A stretch of DNA of 64,000 nt, taken from assembly GCA_043758205.1 (NCBI GenBank), contig JAYVNY010000057.1:1-64000 (forward strand), read 5' to 3'. Position 1 is the stretch's first letter; each line of letters starts with the position of its first letter. The position numbers and the translations under genes were made by a program. The stretch comes from Akkermansia sp. (GTDB lineage: Bacteria > Verrucomicrobiota > Verrucomicrobiia > Limisphaerales > SIBH01). Below the pieces are notes generated by a model. The model was not told the origin of the DNA and made no database searches. It worked only from the letters and a program-made list of their open reading frames with translations. Positions 8,949 through 18,561 of the stretch are shown here, piece by piece.

Positions 8949-10598
8949 ATGAACAAACCCTCACTTACGACAGGCCGCACGATTGTCTGGCTCTCGGTGC
9001 TCGCGTTGCTGGTGGTGGTGTCGTTCTTTTTTGGTTCCAGTTCGGAACGGCTGCGGGCTGAGAGGCAAAAAACCGCCGAACGGGAAAAAGAAGATCGGTC
9101 GCCCGACCTGCTTTACCTGCGCTCCACGAATGCCTACGCCCTGCGGCGGGCCAAGCTGATGGGGGAGATTCAGGCGCGCAGTTTTTCCTCGGCACTCCAG
9201 TTGAGCGCGGCGGAGACAAACGTGGATAATTTTCTGAGCCAGGTGCGCTCGAACGAGACGGCGCGCCTCGTCGCCGCGGGAAATTTTCCTCCGTCGCAAA
9301 TGTTCTTCCAGGCCCGGACGAACATCGAAGGCTCGCGACTGTTCCCCATATTCCAGCGCATGCCCAAGGGCGGGTTGCTGCACGTCCATGAATCCACCTC
9401 GGGCCGGTGCGAGTTTGTCATCACCAATATCGCGCGCCGCGCGGACTGCTACATCTGGTGGGGCACCAACGCGGACAACCGCAGTCCCGGCCAGTTGCTG
9501 TTCACGAACGCGCCGCCCGGACATGACGGTGGCCTGAACGGTTACTTTCCGTTTGCGACTCTGGAGGCGCGGCTGCGTGGGACGGGCCTCGACCTGACGG
9601 ACGAGTTGCGCCATCGCTACATGCTCGATCACACCGATCCGCATGCGGACATCTGGAGCGCGTTCGGGGCGTGGTGGACGCTGCTCCCGGACCTGATGTG
9701 CTACCGCCCGGCGATGCGCGATTACTTGCGCGACGCCTTCCAAACGCTGCACGAGGACGGCATCGGCCATGTGGAAGTCCGGGTGGTGACGCCGGTCGCG
9801 ACGCTGTTTGATTACACCGCGCAAGGCGGGTTGAACACGAACTACACCGAGCGCGACACACTCCAGGAATATCTCGACGCGAGGGATTTCATCCGCGCGC
9901 GGTTCAACACAAACTTCACCATCCGGATCATCACGACCGGGCTGCGCGGCAGCATGACTAGCGACGCGCCCACGGTCCTTCGCAAGACGCGCGCGTATCG
10001 CAGTTACTTTCCGAAGGAGGATTTGGTGGCGGGCTGCGACTTCGTGGGCGACGAGGACGGTGGCCGCCTCACGAGCGCGGAGGTGCCGCACCTGCGCGGC
10101 CTCGCGTCACAGACGAACGCGCTGATCAAGTTCTACTTTCACGACGGCGAAACGGCCTGGCCAGGCGATGACAATCTGGTGGACGCCATGCTGCTCGGCA
10201 CCAAGCGCGTGGGGCACGGCTTCAACCTGTTTCAGTTTCCCATCCTCGAAGCCATGATGAGGACGAACGCGGTGGCCCTGGAAATTTGCCCCATCAGCAA
10301 CCAGTTGCTCCGCCTGCTGCACGACCTCCGCATTCATCCCGCGCTCGGCTACATGAACCGCGGCGTCCAGTGCGTGCTTGGCTCGGACGATCCGGCCATC
10401 TTCGGCAACACCGGATTGAGCTATGATTTTTGGGAGGCGTATTACGCCTGGGGTCTGGGCCTGGATGAATTGAAACAGCTCGCGGCGAACTCGTTGAACT
10501 TTTCCGCGCTCGAACCAGACGACAAAGCCGCCGCGCTCGCCCGCTGGAGCCAGCAGTGGGACGCCTGGGTGCAATGGGTGGCCACGCAACAACCCTGA
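8949..10598 (+). CDS. Adenosine/AMP deaminase-superfamily protein, ADGF/CECR1-like, with N-terminal signal anchor
   Basis: Start at MNKPSLTTGRTIVWLSVLALLVVV (TM); amidohydrolase metal ligands ..GLLHVHESTSG.., ..KRVGHGFNL.., ..LEICPISNQ.., ..LGSDDPAIFG.. Confidence 0.7.
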   Translation: MNKPSLTTGRTIVWLSVLALLVVVSFFFGSSSERLRAERQKTAEREKEDRSPDLLYLRSTNAYALRRAKLMGEIQARSFSSALQLSAAETNVDNFLSQVRSNETARLVAAGNFPPSQMFFQARTNIEGSRLFPIFQRMPKGGLLHVHESTSGRCEFVITNIARRADCYIWWGTNADNRSPGQLLFTNAPPGHDGGLNGYFPFATLEARLRGTGLDLTDELRHRYMLDHTDPHADIWSAFGAWWTLLPDLMCYRPAMRDYLRDAFQTLHEDGIGHVEVRVVTPVATLFDYTAQGGLNTNYTERDTLQEYLDARDFIRARFNTNFTIRIITTGLRGSMTSDAPTVLRKTRAYRSYFPKEDLVAGCDFVGDEDGGRLTSAEVPHLRGLASQTNALIKFYFHDGETAWPGDDNLVDAMLLGTKRVGHGFNLFQFPILEAMMRTNAVALEICPISNQLLRLLHDLRIHPALGYMNRGVQCVLGSDDPAIFGNTGLSYDFWEAYYAWGLGLDELKQLAANSLNFSALEPDDKAAALARWSQQWDAWVQWVATQQP

Positions 10599-10622
10599 CT
10601 CTTTTCAAGACCCCATCACATC

Positions 10623-13247
10623 ATGGACAGCCGAGTCATATTGAACCGAATCCGTCGCCGCGAATCCGTGTCGCTGGAGGAGTTGGAGCAGTTGAAAAAT
10701 CTCCAGCCCGAGTTGCGCGCGGACAGCGCGGTGCATCGCACCAGCCGCGTCTCGGTCATCGTGCCCACGTTCTTCAACTCCGATCTCAAGAGCGGCTCAC
10801 TGCGTCATCTGCTCACCGGCATCGAGGCCGCGCGGTCGGTCGAGCAGGTGGTCATCGTCGCCTCGGGTGGCGAGGACGCGTTGCTGGGAACCTTAAAGGA
10901 AGTCATCGGCGACCGGACGCTCACCGTGGCCGGGGCGGAGCCGCACAATCGCGGCGGCTCGCGCAACGTCGGCGCCGCCGCGGCCACGGGCGAGTATCTG
11001 CTCTTCCTCGACGACGACATGCTGTTGAAGGATTGGCGTTGCGTGGATGTGGTGCTGTCCGCGCTGCTCACCGGCGGCTTCGAGTGCGCGATGTTTCCGC
11101 GCCGGCACTACGCGCGCTTCCCGCTGCTCTACGATCCGCCGTCGTTGGCGGCGGCGATTGGCCGCTGGCGCGAGCACGGCGTGAACGGCGACCCGCTCGT
11201 TTATGATCCGCTGCACGAAGGCACGCCGGACCTGCCCATGCTGTTCTGTTTTCCGGGCTGCTTCATGATCATCCATCGCGAGGCGTTCGCGTCACTCGCG
11301 GGCTTCGACAGCAGCTTCCAGGGCTGGGGCTTCGAGGACACGGATTTCGCCCTGCGCGCCATCCGGCGGTTGCGCGTGTTGAATTTGTTTTCCAGGGCCG
11401 AGCCGTTGCTGCACATCGATCATCCCGTGTCGCCCTACAAATCCGATGAGCACCGGGTGAACTACGAAAAGTATTTCTCCTCCTCCATCGCCGTGGATGT
11501 CCACCGCTTCTGCCGCACGGTGCTGCTCTGCTCGGACTTCACGCCGGAGGCTGAGGAGAAGCCGGTGCTTGAAAAGGACATTCACGTCCAGCCGTTCACT
11601 CACCTCGCCGCGGCGGGCATTCCGCTCGACCCGCAGGAGATTGAGGAATGGGCGGCGGGCGTGGCCGAGAAGCGCATGCACGCGTTGCTCTCACCACGGC
11701 CTGAGTTCATCGTCCTCCACGGCTCGCGCGCCTCGGGCCGCGCCACGGCGCGCAGCGACTACGACGTCCTCTGCGTCTATCGCGGGCCGGTGCATGAATT
11801 TTTCGTCACGAAGATCGAGCCGCGCGTGGAGATCGAGTGCGGCGATTTCGACGTGTTCAACGCCATCGCCGCCGAACCGGCGCAGTACGGCATGCACGGC
11901 GTGCTTGAACTGGCGAAGCTCGCGCAGGCGCGGCTGCTCTGGGGCGATGTGGAGAAGTGGAACGCGTGGCAGTCGCAGACGCTCGACCTCGCCATCGCGA
12001 ACGGCCACGCCTACTGGCTGGTGTTGACGCTGGGCTTGCGCCTGCACGCGACGAAGTACGGTGCGGTCATCGAGCGCTTCTGCGGCAGCCTGCGCGCCGT
12101 GGTGGAATCCCGCAATCCAGCCGCCGTCGGCGAAGTGCAGACCGCCGATGTCGCGCGTCTGGCGGAGTGCGCCCGCGCGGCCCTCGACGCGCGCACGCCT
12201 GACTGGCGCGAGCGCCTGGCGGAAGGCCTGAAAGTTTTCACGCTGCAAATACCGGAGGTGTGGAGCGCGCTCTATCATCTCGCCGATGAGGCCGCGCCCT
12301 TGCCGCGCCCCCGGACGCCGAGACTGCCGGGTGAACGCTATCTGTTCGCCGCTTCTTCCAGCGGTCTCGGCAATCGCCTGCTCCTGCTGGCCGGCTGCCT
12401 GCGCGTGGCGGAACGGACGAACCGGCGTCTCCTGCTTCACTGGCCTGACAACGATCAGCTCGGCAGCCCGTTCGACGCGCTGTTCGAGAACCATTTCGAC
12501 ATGGTGGATGCCGAGGACTTGAACTTTCTCCTGCGCAGTGACCGCACGGTCAAAGTCTATAACACCTGGCGGCAGCGCGGCCCGCTCTACACCGACCTCG
12601 ATCCCGAGGGCGATCCCGACACGGAAGTTGTGATCGTGAAGGGTTGGGTCGCGTCGCAATTCGCCGGGGAGAAGCGGAACTGGAAGTTCGACGAGGAAAT
12701 CGTGCGCCACCTCCGCACGCTGACGCCGTGCGCTGAATTCAAGAAACTCGCGGACGAATTTGGACTTCCGGCGCGAACCGTCGGCGTTCACATGCGGCGC
12801 GGCGATCCGACGCGCGAGTTCATTGACGAATACCGGCGCTCGGAGGACGCGCACTTTCTCGCCATCATCCGCGCCGTGTTGGAGGCCGCGCCGGATGTGC
12901 ATTTCTTTCTCGCCACTGATCACCCGCCGACTGAAGAGCATTTGCGCGGGCTTTTTGGCGAGCGCATTCTCCTGCGCCCGAAGACGTCACTGCTGCGGCA
13001 CCGGCAGGCGATGCACGAAGCGATGATGGATTTCCTCCTCCTGAGCCGCACCGCCGCCGTCCTCGGCACGCACTTCAGCACCTTCTCCGAGGTGGCGGCG
13101 AAGTTCGGCGCGTGCCCGCTGATCATCGCCAACGAAAACAGTGCGACGGAAAAACTCGGCGCCTCAGTGGAACAGATCGTGGCGGCGTTGTCGGCGCGGA
13201 CGAAGGGGAACGGAGCGCCGAGCATCGCTCGGCCTGTTGAAATATGA
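10623..13247 (+). CDS. Tri-domain glycosylation protein: N-terminal GT-A/GT2 domain + central Pol-beta-type nucleotidyltransferase domain + C-terminal GT-B fucosyltransferase-like (GT11/GT23-type) domain
   Basis: 874 aa. GT2: VSVIVPTFFNSD, LFLDDDM, FQGWGFEDTDFALR. NTase: LHGSRASGRATARSDYDVLCVY. FucT-like: SGLGNRLLLLAGCLRVAE and VGVHMRRGD (HxRRGD motif I). Confidence 0.75.
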   Translation: MDSRVILNRIRRRESVSLEELEQLKNLQPELRADSAVHRTSRVSVIVPTFFNSDLKSGSLRHLLTGIEAARSVEQVVIVASGGEDALLGTLKEVIGDRTLTVAGAEPHNRGGSRNVGAAAATGEYLLFLDDDMLLKDWRCVDVVLSALLTGGFECAMFPRRHYARFPLLYDPPSLAAAIGRWREHGVNGDPLVYDPLHEGTPDLPMLFCFPGCFMIIHREAFASLAGFDSSFQGWGFEDTDFALRAIRRLRVLNLFSRAEPLLHIDHPVSPYKSDEHRVNYEKYFSSSIAVDVHRFCRTVLLCSDFTPEAEEKPVLEKDIHVQPFTHLAAAGIPLDPQEIEEWAAGVAEKRMHALLSPRPEFIVLHGSRASGRATARSDYDVLCVYRGPVHEFFVTKIEPRVEIECGDFDVFNAIAAEPAQYGMHGVLELAKLAQARLLWGDVEKWNAWQSQTLDLAIANGHAYWLVLTLGLRLHATKYGAVIERFCGSLRAVVESRNPAAVGEVQTADVARLAECARAALDARTPDWRERLAEGLKVFTLQIPEVWSALYHLADEAAPLPRPRTPRLPGERYLFAASSSGLGNRLLLLAGCLRVAERTNRRLLLHWPDNDQLGSPFDALFENHFDMVDAEDLNFLLRSDRTVKVYNTWRQRGPLYTDLDPEGDPDTEVVIVKGWVASQFAGEKRNWKFDEEIVRHLRTLTPCAEFKKLADEFGLPARTVGVHMRRGDPTREFIDEYRRSEDAHFLAIIRAVLEAAPDVHFFLATDHPPTEEHLRGLFGERILLRPKTSLLRHRQAMHEAMMDFLLLSRTAAVLGTHFSTFSEVAAKFGACPLIIANENSATEKLGASVEQIVAALSARTKGNGAPSIARPVEI

Positions 13248-13300
13248 AGCCACATCGAGCCGAGTGGTGCGGGCGAGTCTCGCGGGTGTCGCCATCCGAA

Positions 13301-13400
13301 AGCGGCGCTGAAGCGACCGCACTCCAAACGCTGTCGCGCAGCACGAGACGCCACCGACGACGCGAAGCGTTTGGAGTGCGGTCGCTTCAGCGCCGCTTTT
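13301..13400. terminator. Very long perfect hairpin (32-bp arms 13301-13332 / 13366-13397, 33-nt loop) followed by TTTT: probable intrinsic terminator / structured element after tri-domain GT gene
   Basis: agcggcgctgaagcgaccgcactccaaacgct ... agcgtttggagtgcggtcgcttcagcgccgct tttt read directly. Confidence 0.5.
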
Positions 13401-13432
13401 ACACGGCCTCACTGGCATACTGATCTAAACTC

Positions 13433-14320
13433 ATGCCCGAGCCATCCCTCATCGCGTCCTGCACCAGCGGCCTCGCCAACCGGATGCTGATGCTCGTCGG
13501 CGCGCTGCGTCTGGCGCGGCTCACATCGCGCAAACTCCTGCTCTACTGGCCGGAGAACGATCAACTGGGCTGCCCGTTCGACGCGCTTTTCCAGAATGCG
13601 CCGGCCATGGTTCACGATGGGGACATGCACGCGCTGCTCCGCTCCGACCGCACCATGAAGGTGTACAACGCCTGGCACTGCCCACCGCTTTACGAGCGCG
13701 TCGCACCGGATGGCGATCCGGACGCGGAGATCATTCTGCTCAAAGGTTGGACCGCGCCGAAGTTCGCCAACGAGACGCTGGCGGACATTCGTGATGAACT
13801 TTGCGACGGATTGCAGCAACTCGTGCCGGTGGATGAAGTGCGGGCGCGGGCGGACGCCATCGAAGTGCCGGAGCGGTGTCTGGGCGTTCACATTCGCTCG
13901 GACGAAACGTCTGGGGGCGTGAACTTCTTCGCGCAATCGAAGCACGAACATTTCGAGACGATCCTGCGCGCGGTGCTGGAGCAGCGCGGCGACACCGCCT
14001 TTTTTCTCGCCACCCTCCAGCCCGAGGTGGAGCGGTATTTTCGCGGCGTGCTCGGCGACCGGTTGATGGTCTTTCCGAAATCAGGGCCGGGGCGCGAGCG
14101 CGCCGCCCTCCGCGAGGCGTTGGTGGATCTGCTGCTGCTCAGTCGCACGCGCGGCGTGCTCGGTCATTACGGCAGCACCTTCTCGCAAGTGGCCGCCCTG
14201 CTCGGGCCGCGCCTGCTCGTGATGGCCACGGAGACGACGGCCGGCACCGGGCGGGCCGCGGTCGTGCGGCGTTTCACCGACGCGCTGAATGGCACCCCGG
14301 AATTTCACCTTGAATTATGA
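13433..14320 (+). CDS. Stand-alone fucosyltransferase-like (GT-B, GT11/GT23-type) glycosyltransferase, paralogous to C-terminal domain of upstream gene
   Basis: 295 aa; SGLANRMLMLVGALRLA.., ..LYWPENDQLGCPFDALF.., ..CLGVHIRSDE.. parallel the upstream domain (..LGNRLLLLAGCLRVA.., ..LHWPDNDQLGSPFDALF.., ..VGVHMRRGD..). Confidence 0.7.
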   Translation: MPEPSLIASCTSGLANRMLMLVGALRLARLTSRKLLLYWPENDQLGCPFDALFQNAPAMVHDGDMHALLRSDRTMKVYNAWHCPPLYERVAPDGDPDAEIILLKGWTAPKFANETLADIRDELCDGLQQLVPVDEVRARADAIEVPERCLGVHIRSDETSGGVNFFAQSKHEHFETILRAVLEQRGDTAFFLATLQPEVERYFRGVLGDRLMVFPKSGPGRERAALREALVDLLLLSRTRGVLGHYGSTFSQVAALLGPRLLVMATETTAGTGRAAVVRRFTDALNGTPEFHLEL

Positions 14321-15048
14321 TCCCGCTCTACTCGCTCTACACGCCGTCGCATCGCCAGCTCATGGAACAGTATTTCACCCCCTCGCTTCCGCCCGATGTG
14401 GAACCGCACATTGTTTATTTCGAGAACGAGGGGGAAGGCTGGATTCAAGATCCGTCGTTCTGCCGGGCCATCGTCCGCAAGTGCGAGGTCATCATCGCTG
14501 CCATTCATGAGAACTGGGGGCGGACTTTCATCTGGAGCGATGTGGACGCGCAGTTCTTCGGGCCGATGACGGAATGGGTGGAGCGGACGACGCGCGACCT
14601 GGACCTGGTTTTTCAAGTGGATGCGCCGGGGCCGTGTTTGTGCGCGGGTTTTTTCTTTTGTCGTGGCCACGACGAGACGCTGAGCCTCTGGGAGGAGGCG
14701 CTCGACTTCGTGCGGCTGCCCGGTTCCGTGGGTGATGATCAACTCTATGTGCGCAACCAGCTCTGGTCTGGGCAGCGTCGCGTGCGCTGGGGGCACCTGC
14801 CGCCCGCGTTCATCGGCGGCGGCACCTTCACCGGGAAATGCTGGGACCCCGGGGACGACTTTCCCGTGCCGCAGGGAGTGGCGGTGCATCACGCCAACTG
14901 GACGGCCGGGCCCAAGTTCAAAATCATGCAGTGCGAATTCGTGCGCGCGAAACTGGCCCAAGGTGATCTCATCACGATGGAGGACGCCTGCGCGCGGCTG
15001 GACGGCGGGCGTGGGAAAATTCGGCCCCACGACTCCTCGCCGGGCTAG
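14317..15048 (+). CDS. Nucleotide-diphospho-sugar transferase-like protein (PF03407-like GT-A fold)
   Basis: 243 aa; start overlaps upstream stop (ATGA) indicating operon; ..FIWSDVDAQFF.. (DxD), ..GDDQLYVRNQLW.. resemble Nucleotid_trans domain. Confidence 0.55.
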   Translation: MIPLYSLYTPSHRQLMEQYFTPSLPPDVEPHIVYFENEGEGWIQDPSFCRAIVRKCEVIIAAIHENWGRTFIWSDVDAQFFGPMTEWVERTTRDLDLVFQVDAPGPCLCAGFFFCRGHDETLSLWEEALDFVRLPGSVGDDQLYVRNQLWSGQRRVRWGHLPPAFIGGGTFTGKCWDPGDDFPVPQGVAVHHANWTAGPKFKIMQCEFVRAKLAQGDLITMEDACARLDGGRGKIRPHDSSPG

Positions 15049-15049
15049 G

Positions 15050-15232
15050 ATTTGCATTTGGTGGAACGGGCTACCAGCCCGTGCCGCCCGGCTACCAGCC
15101 GGGCGGAAGGGAGGGAGCGTTGACTTGAAATAGGCCGCGCCAAAATCGACGGACGTCCTTCCTCATTCCGCGCGGCTGGTAGCCTGTGCACCCGGCGGCA
15201 TAGCCGCCGCTACTTCGGATTTCCGGTCAAGG
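15050..15232 (-). repeat. MITE-like element copy (reverse orientation) in convergent intergenic region
   Basis: Reverse complement ..ccgaagtagcggcggctatgccgccgggtgcacaggctaccagccgcgcggaa....ccgcccggctggtagccgggcggcacgggctggtagcccgttccacc.. aligns with the ffh-flanking copies. Confidence 0.55.
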
Positions 15233-18200
15233 TCCGGGCCGGGCCGCCAGCGCATCAATGGACTCCAAGCGTGGCGGTCGCCAGTGCCAGAGTTCCTGGT
15301 TGCCCAACCCGAGGACCGTGTCTTCGTCCAAAAAAATCGGGGTGAAACTTTGCAGTCGGGCCACCTGCCGGTTCGCGTCCAGATCGAAGAGCAGGGCGTC
15401 GCCCCACTCGTTTGCGAAGAGCCGCCGTCCGTCCGGCGAAAACGCCACGCGAAAAAAGCTGGAGCGGCTGCCGCGAAAGCGCGCGATTTCCCGGCGCGTG
15501 CCCAAATCCCAAACGCGCACGGTCGCGTCCCAACTCGTCGAGGCGAGGCGTTGGCCATTTCGCGAAATCGCCAGGCGGTTGATGCTGTCGCTGTGGCCGG
15601 ACAGTTCCACCAGCCGCTGGCCCGAGGCCACGTCCCAGACCGACAGTTTTCCCTTGCTGTGCCCGACGCCCACCTGCGTGCTGTCGGGCGAGAAACTCAC
15701 GGTCACGACTTCCGTCGGAGGTTCCGGCCAGGGCCGGAGGTCGTAAGGCGGCGCGAGTGACCAGAGTTGAAAGATGCGATCCTCCGTCACACCCGCCAGC
15801 CAGCGTTCGTCGCTGGAAAAGACGAGGTCGGACAACTGATTGGTGCCGGACATTTTCAACAGAGCCAGCCGGTTCGTGGTGTCCATCTGCCAGAGGCCGA
15901 GACCGCCCTCGGCTTCCACGGCCAGGAGCCGGCCCGCCGGACCCACCGCGACCTTGCGGACCTTGCTGACGGGCAGGGCCAGTTCCTGACGCACGCGGCC
16001 CTCGCGCGGATCGATCAACAGGCCTGTGCCGTTCGCGTGCAGTGCGGCCATGGCGGAGCCGTCGGGCGCGATGCTGCCCCGCGACTCGGAGACGATTTCC
16101 GAAGCCAGATCCTCGAGGCGCAATTTCCCCAGCATCGTGTCGGCCTTGTTCAATTCCCTGGCCTGCACCGCGCCGTGGTTTCCACCGCTCAACAGCAGTC
16201 CCGCCTGCGGGAGGAGCGTGACTTCGGAAAGGGAATCGCCGGACTTCAGCGTGGAGACGATGCGCCATGTCGCGCGCTCGCGCACTTCGATCATGCGGTC
16301 GAAACTGGTGGTGATGAGGTGGGAATCGTCGGCGGAGAATGTGGCTGCGGTCACATGGTCCACATGCGCGGGAAAGTTGGTCATCTCCAGCCCGCTGTCC
16401 AGGTCCCAGACTTGCACGCGAAAATCCGATCCGACACCGAAGGCCGCGCCCGCCACCAGCAGCCGTCCGTCCCCGGACAACGCCAGCGACAAAGACAGGC
16501 CGGCAAAAACATGGCCGGACCGGAAGACGCGGGTCTCGCGCGTGTCGGCCCGCCAGACCGAGATGTCCCGCTTGCCATCACTCACGGCCAGCGTCCGGCC
16601 ATCGCGCGACAACGCCATGTGCGCCTCGCGTGGCACGACGTGTTCCTCCTCGAGCTGGCGCGACGCCACGCCCCACACCCCCAGCCGGCCATGGCCATAA
16701 GTGATCAGGCGCTCGCCGCCGGGATGAAACTTCATCGAAGACAATTGGCCGACATGCTGGATGGGCGGGCCCACCTGCTTCAGCGTCGCCAGCGACCAGA
16801 AACGAATCCGCCACTTCGAGTCGGACACGGCCAGCAGTTGATCCGAAAGCGTGGGGGCGGGGCCACCGCAGTCATTGAGCGTCAGCACCTCGCGTTTCTC
16901 GGGCACGCTCCAGAGCTTCAACACTCCGGTGCTATCCGCCGAAACAATCCAGCGTCCGTCCGGCGAAACATTGATCCCGTGAATCTTGCCGTCGTGGCGC
17001 GCGAGCGGGATGACGGGCTGACTGCGGCTGAGGTCCCAGAGATAGCGCCACTCCCAACCACGCACATCGATCTGTCCGGCGGCGGGCCGGTGCGCGAGCA
17101 ACAACTGGAGCGCGTAGCTGATGCGCCGCTGATCAATGGCCTGTTGCACGAGGCTCATGTCCGCGCCGTAGGCATTGCGGCGCGCGATCAATTCGCGATC
17201 CTCGGCGAGGAGCCGGGCCTGGTTGAGACGATAGGCCGCAATGGGCGAACCGACGGCGATGACGCCGAGCAGCAACAACGCCGCCGCCCCGACGCCGGCC
17301 AGGGCCGGCTTGCGCCGGCACCACCGGAACACGCGCGCCGGCGCGCTGACCGGGCGCGCGAAGATCGGCTCGTTGTTTTGAAAGCGCGCCAGTTCATTTG
17401 CCAGATCGCGCGCCGTGGCGTAGCGGCCCTCGCGCGTTTTCTCCAGGCACTTGAGACAGATCGTTTCCAGATCGCGCGGCAGCTTGGGATGCAGCAGGCG
17501 CGGCGCGACCGGCTCCTTTTCCAAAACCTGACGCAAGGTATCGAGCGGCGTCTCCGCGCGGAACGGCGGCCGACCGCAGAGCAGTTCGTAAAGCACCGCG
17601 CCCAGCCCATACACATCGCTCCGCACATCCACCGCGCGGATGTCGCCGCGGGCCTGCTCGGGCGGCATGTAGCTCGGCGAACCCATGACCGTGCCGCTCA
17701 AGGTCGCGCCGGTTTCCGACTGCATGACCTTCGCCAGTCCGAAGTCCGTCACCTGCGGTTCGTCATCCTGATCGATGAGCACGTTGGCGGGTTTGAGATC
17801 GCGATGGAGAATCTGCCGGGAATGCGCGTAGTGAATGGCCCGGGCGATCTTCTCGACGTAGCGCGCCGCCTGGCGTGGAGCCAGCGGGCGTTCGCGGGCC
17901 ACCTCCGAGAGGCTCTGGCCCGCGACGAAATTCATCGAGTAGAAATGTTGTCCCTCCACTTCGCCGACCTCATAGATGGCCACGATGTTCGGATGATGAA
18001 GCTGGGCCGCCGCGCTGGCTTCGACGTGGAAGCGGCGAATCTCCTCCTCGCCCGCGAGCCGTTCCCCGCGAATCATCTTCAACGCCACGACGCGGTGGAG
18101 GGATTTTTGCCAGGCTTTGAAGACCACGCCCATGCCGCCGCGCGCGATCTCTCCGCGCAACTCGTAGTCGCCAAAGCTCTGGTTTTCCGGCGTGAGATCA

Positions 18201-18466
18201 ACCTCGAGCACCTCGGACAGGGACAGCTTGATCGTGCTCGCCGGGTTTGGCCGCGCGTCGGATGCGGCACCTTCCTTGGCGCAGTCCGGGCAGATCCCGC
18301 TGGCGACTTCTGGCGGCAGCTCGCGGCTGCACCCTGAACATTTGTTGACTGCGTTCACAATTTGAACTTCCGCGCTGCGTTGCTCTGGCGAGGTCGGCCA
18401 GTAGGTTACCCGAGGGCTGCGCCCGCCGACCAGCCCGGAGCCGGAGGATATTGTGGACGGTCGCAC
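15227..18466 (-). CDS. Serine/threonine protein kinase with N-terminal zinc-ribbon-like CxxC..CxxC, TM segment and C-terminal multi-WD40 beta-propellers
   Basis: 1079 aa; Hanks kinase motifs DYELRGEIARGGMGVVFKA..VALKMI, HRDLKPANVLI, DFGLAK; many WD40 repeats (..LWSV.., ..VWDL..). An alternative GTG start ~18352 (VNAVNKCSGC) is possible. Confidence 0.9.
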   Translation of the reverse strand: MRPSTISSGSGLVGGRSPRVTYWPTSPEQRSAEVQIVNAVNKCSGCSRELPPEVASGICPDCAKEGAASDARPNPASTIKLSLSEVLEVDLTPENQSFGDYELRGEIARGGMGVVFKAWQKSLHRVVALKMIRGERLAGEEEIRRFHVEASAAAQLHHPNIVAIYEVGEVEGQHFYSMNFVAGQSLSEVARERPLAPRQAARYVEKIARAIHYAHSRQILHRDLKPANVLIDQDDEPQVTDFGLAKVMQSETGATLSGTVMGSPSYMPPEQARGDIRAVDVRSDVYGLGAVLYELLCGRPPFRAETPLDTLRQVLEKEPVAPRLLHPKLPRDLETICLKCLEKTREGRYATARDLANELARFQNNEPIFARPVSAPARVFRWCRRKPALAGVGAAALLLLGVIAVGSPIAAYRLNQARLLAEDRELIARRNAYGADMSLVQQAIDQRRISYALQLLLAHRPAAGQIDVRGWEWRYLWDLSRSQPVIPLARHDGKIHGINVSPDGRWIVSADSTGVLKLWSVPEKREVLTLNDCGGPAPTLSDQLLAVSDSKWRIRFWSLATLKQVGPPIQHVGQLSSMKFHPGGERLITYGHGRLGVWGVASRQLEEEHVVPREAHMALSRDGRTLAVSDGKRDISVWRADTRETRVFRSGHVFAGLSLSLALSGDGRLLVAGAAFGVGSDFRVQVWDLDSGLEMTNFPAHVDHVTAATFSADDSHLITTSFDRMIEVRERATWRIVSTLKSGDSLSEVTLLPQAGLLLSGGNHGAVQARELNKADTMLGKLRLEDLASEIVSESRGSIAPDGSAMAALHANGTGLLIDPREGRVRQELALPVSKVRKVAVGPAGRLLAVEAEGGLGLWQMDTTNRLALLKMSGTNQLSDLVFSSDERWLAGVTEDRIFQLWSLAPPYDLRPWPEPPTEVVTVSFSPDSTQVGVGHSKGKLSVWDVASGQRLVELSGHSDSINRLAISRNGQRLASTSWDATVRVWDLGTRREIARFRGSRSSFFRVAFSPDGRRLFANEWGDALLFDLDANRQVARLQSFTPIFLDEDTVLGLGNQELWHWRPPRLESIDALAARPGP

Positions 18467-18561
18467 CTCGACGCCCGCGCGCCGGTGCGTGGGTCGCGTG
18501 GGGATCGCGCGTCAGGCATTTGTTGTTTGGGCCGGGCGACGGTGTCTGGTATCCCGCCCGC

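Noticed and set aside
15767-18337. 856-aa plus-strand ORF
   Set aside because: Antisense to the Ser/Thr kinase-WD40 gene, which has unmistakable Hanks motifs
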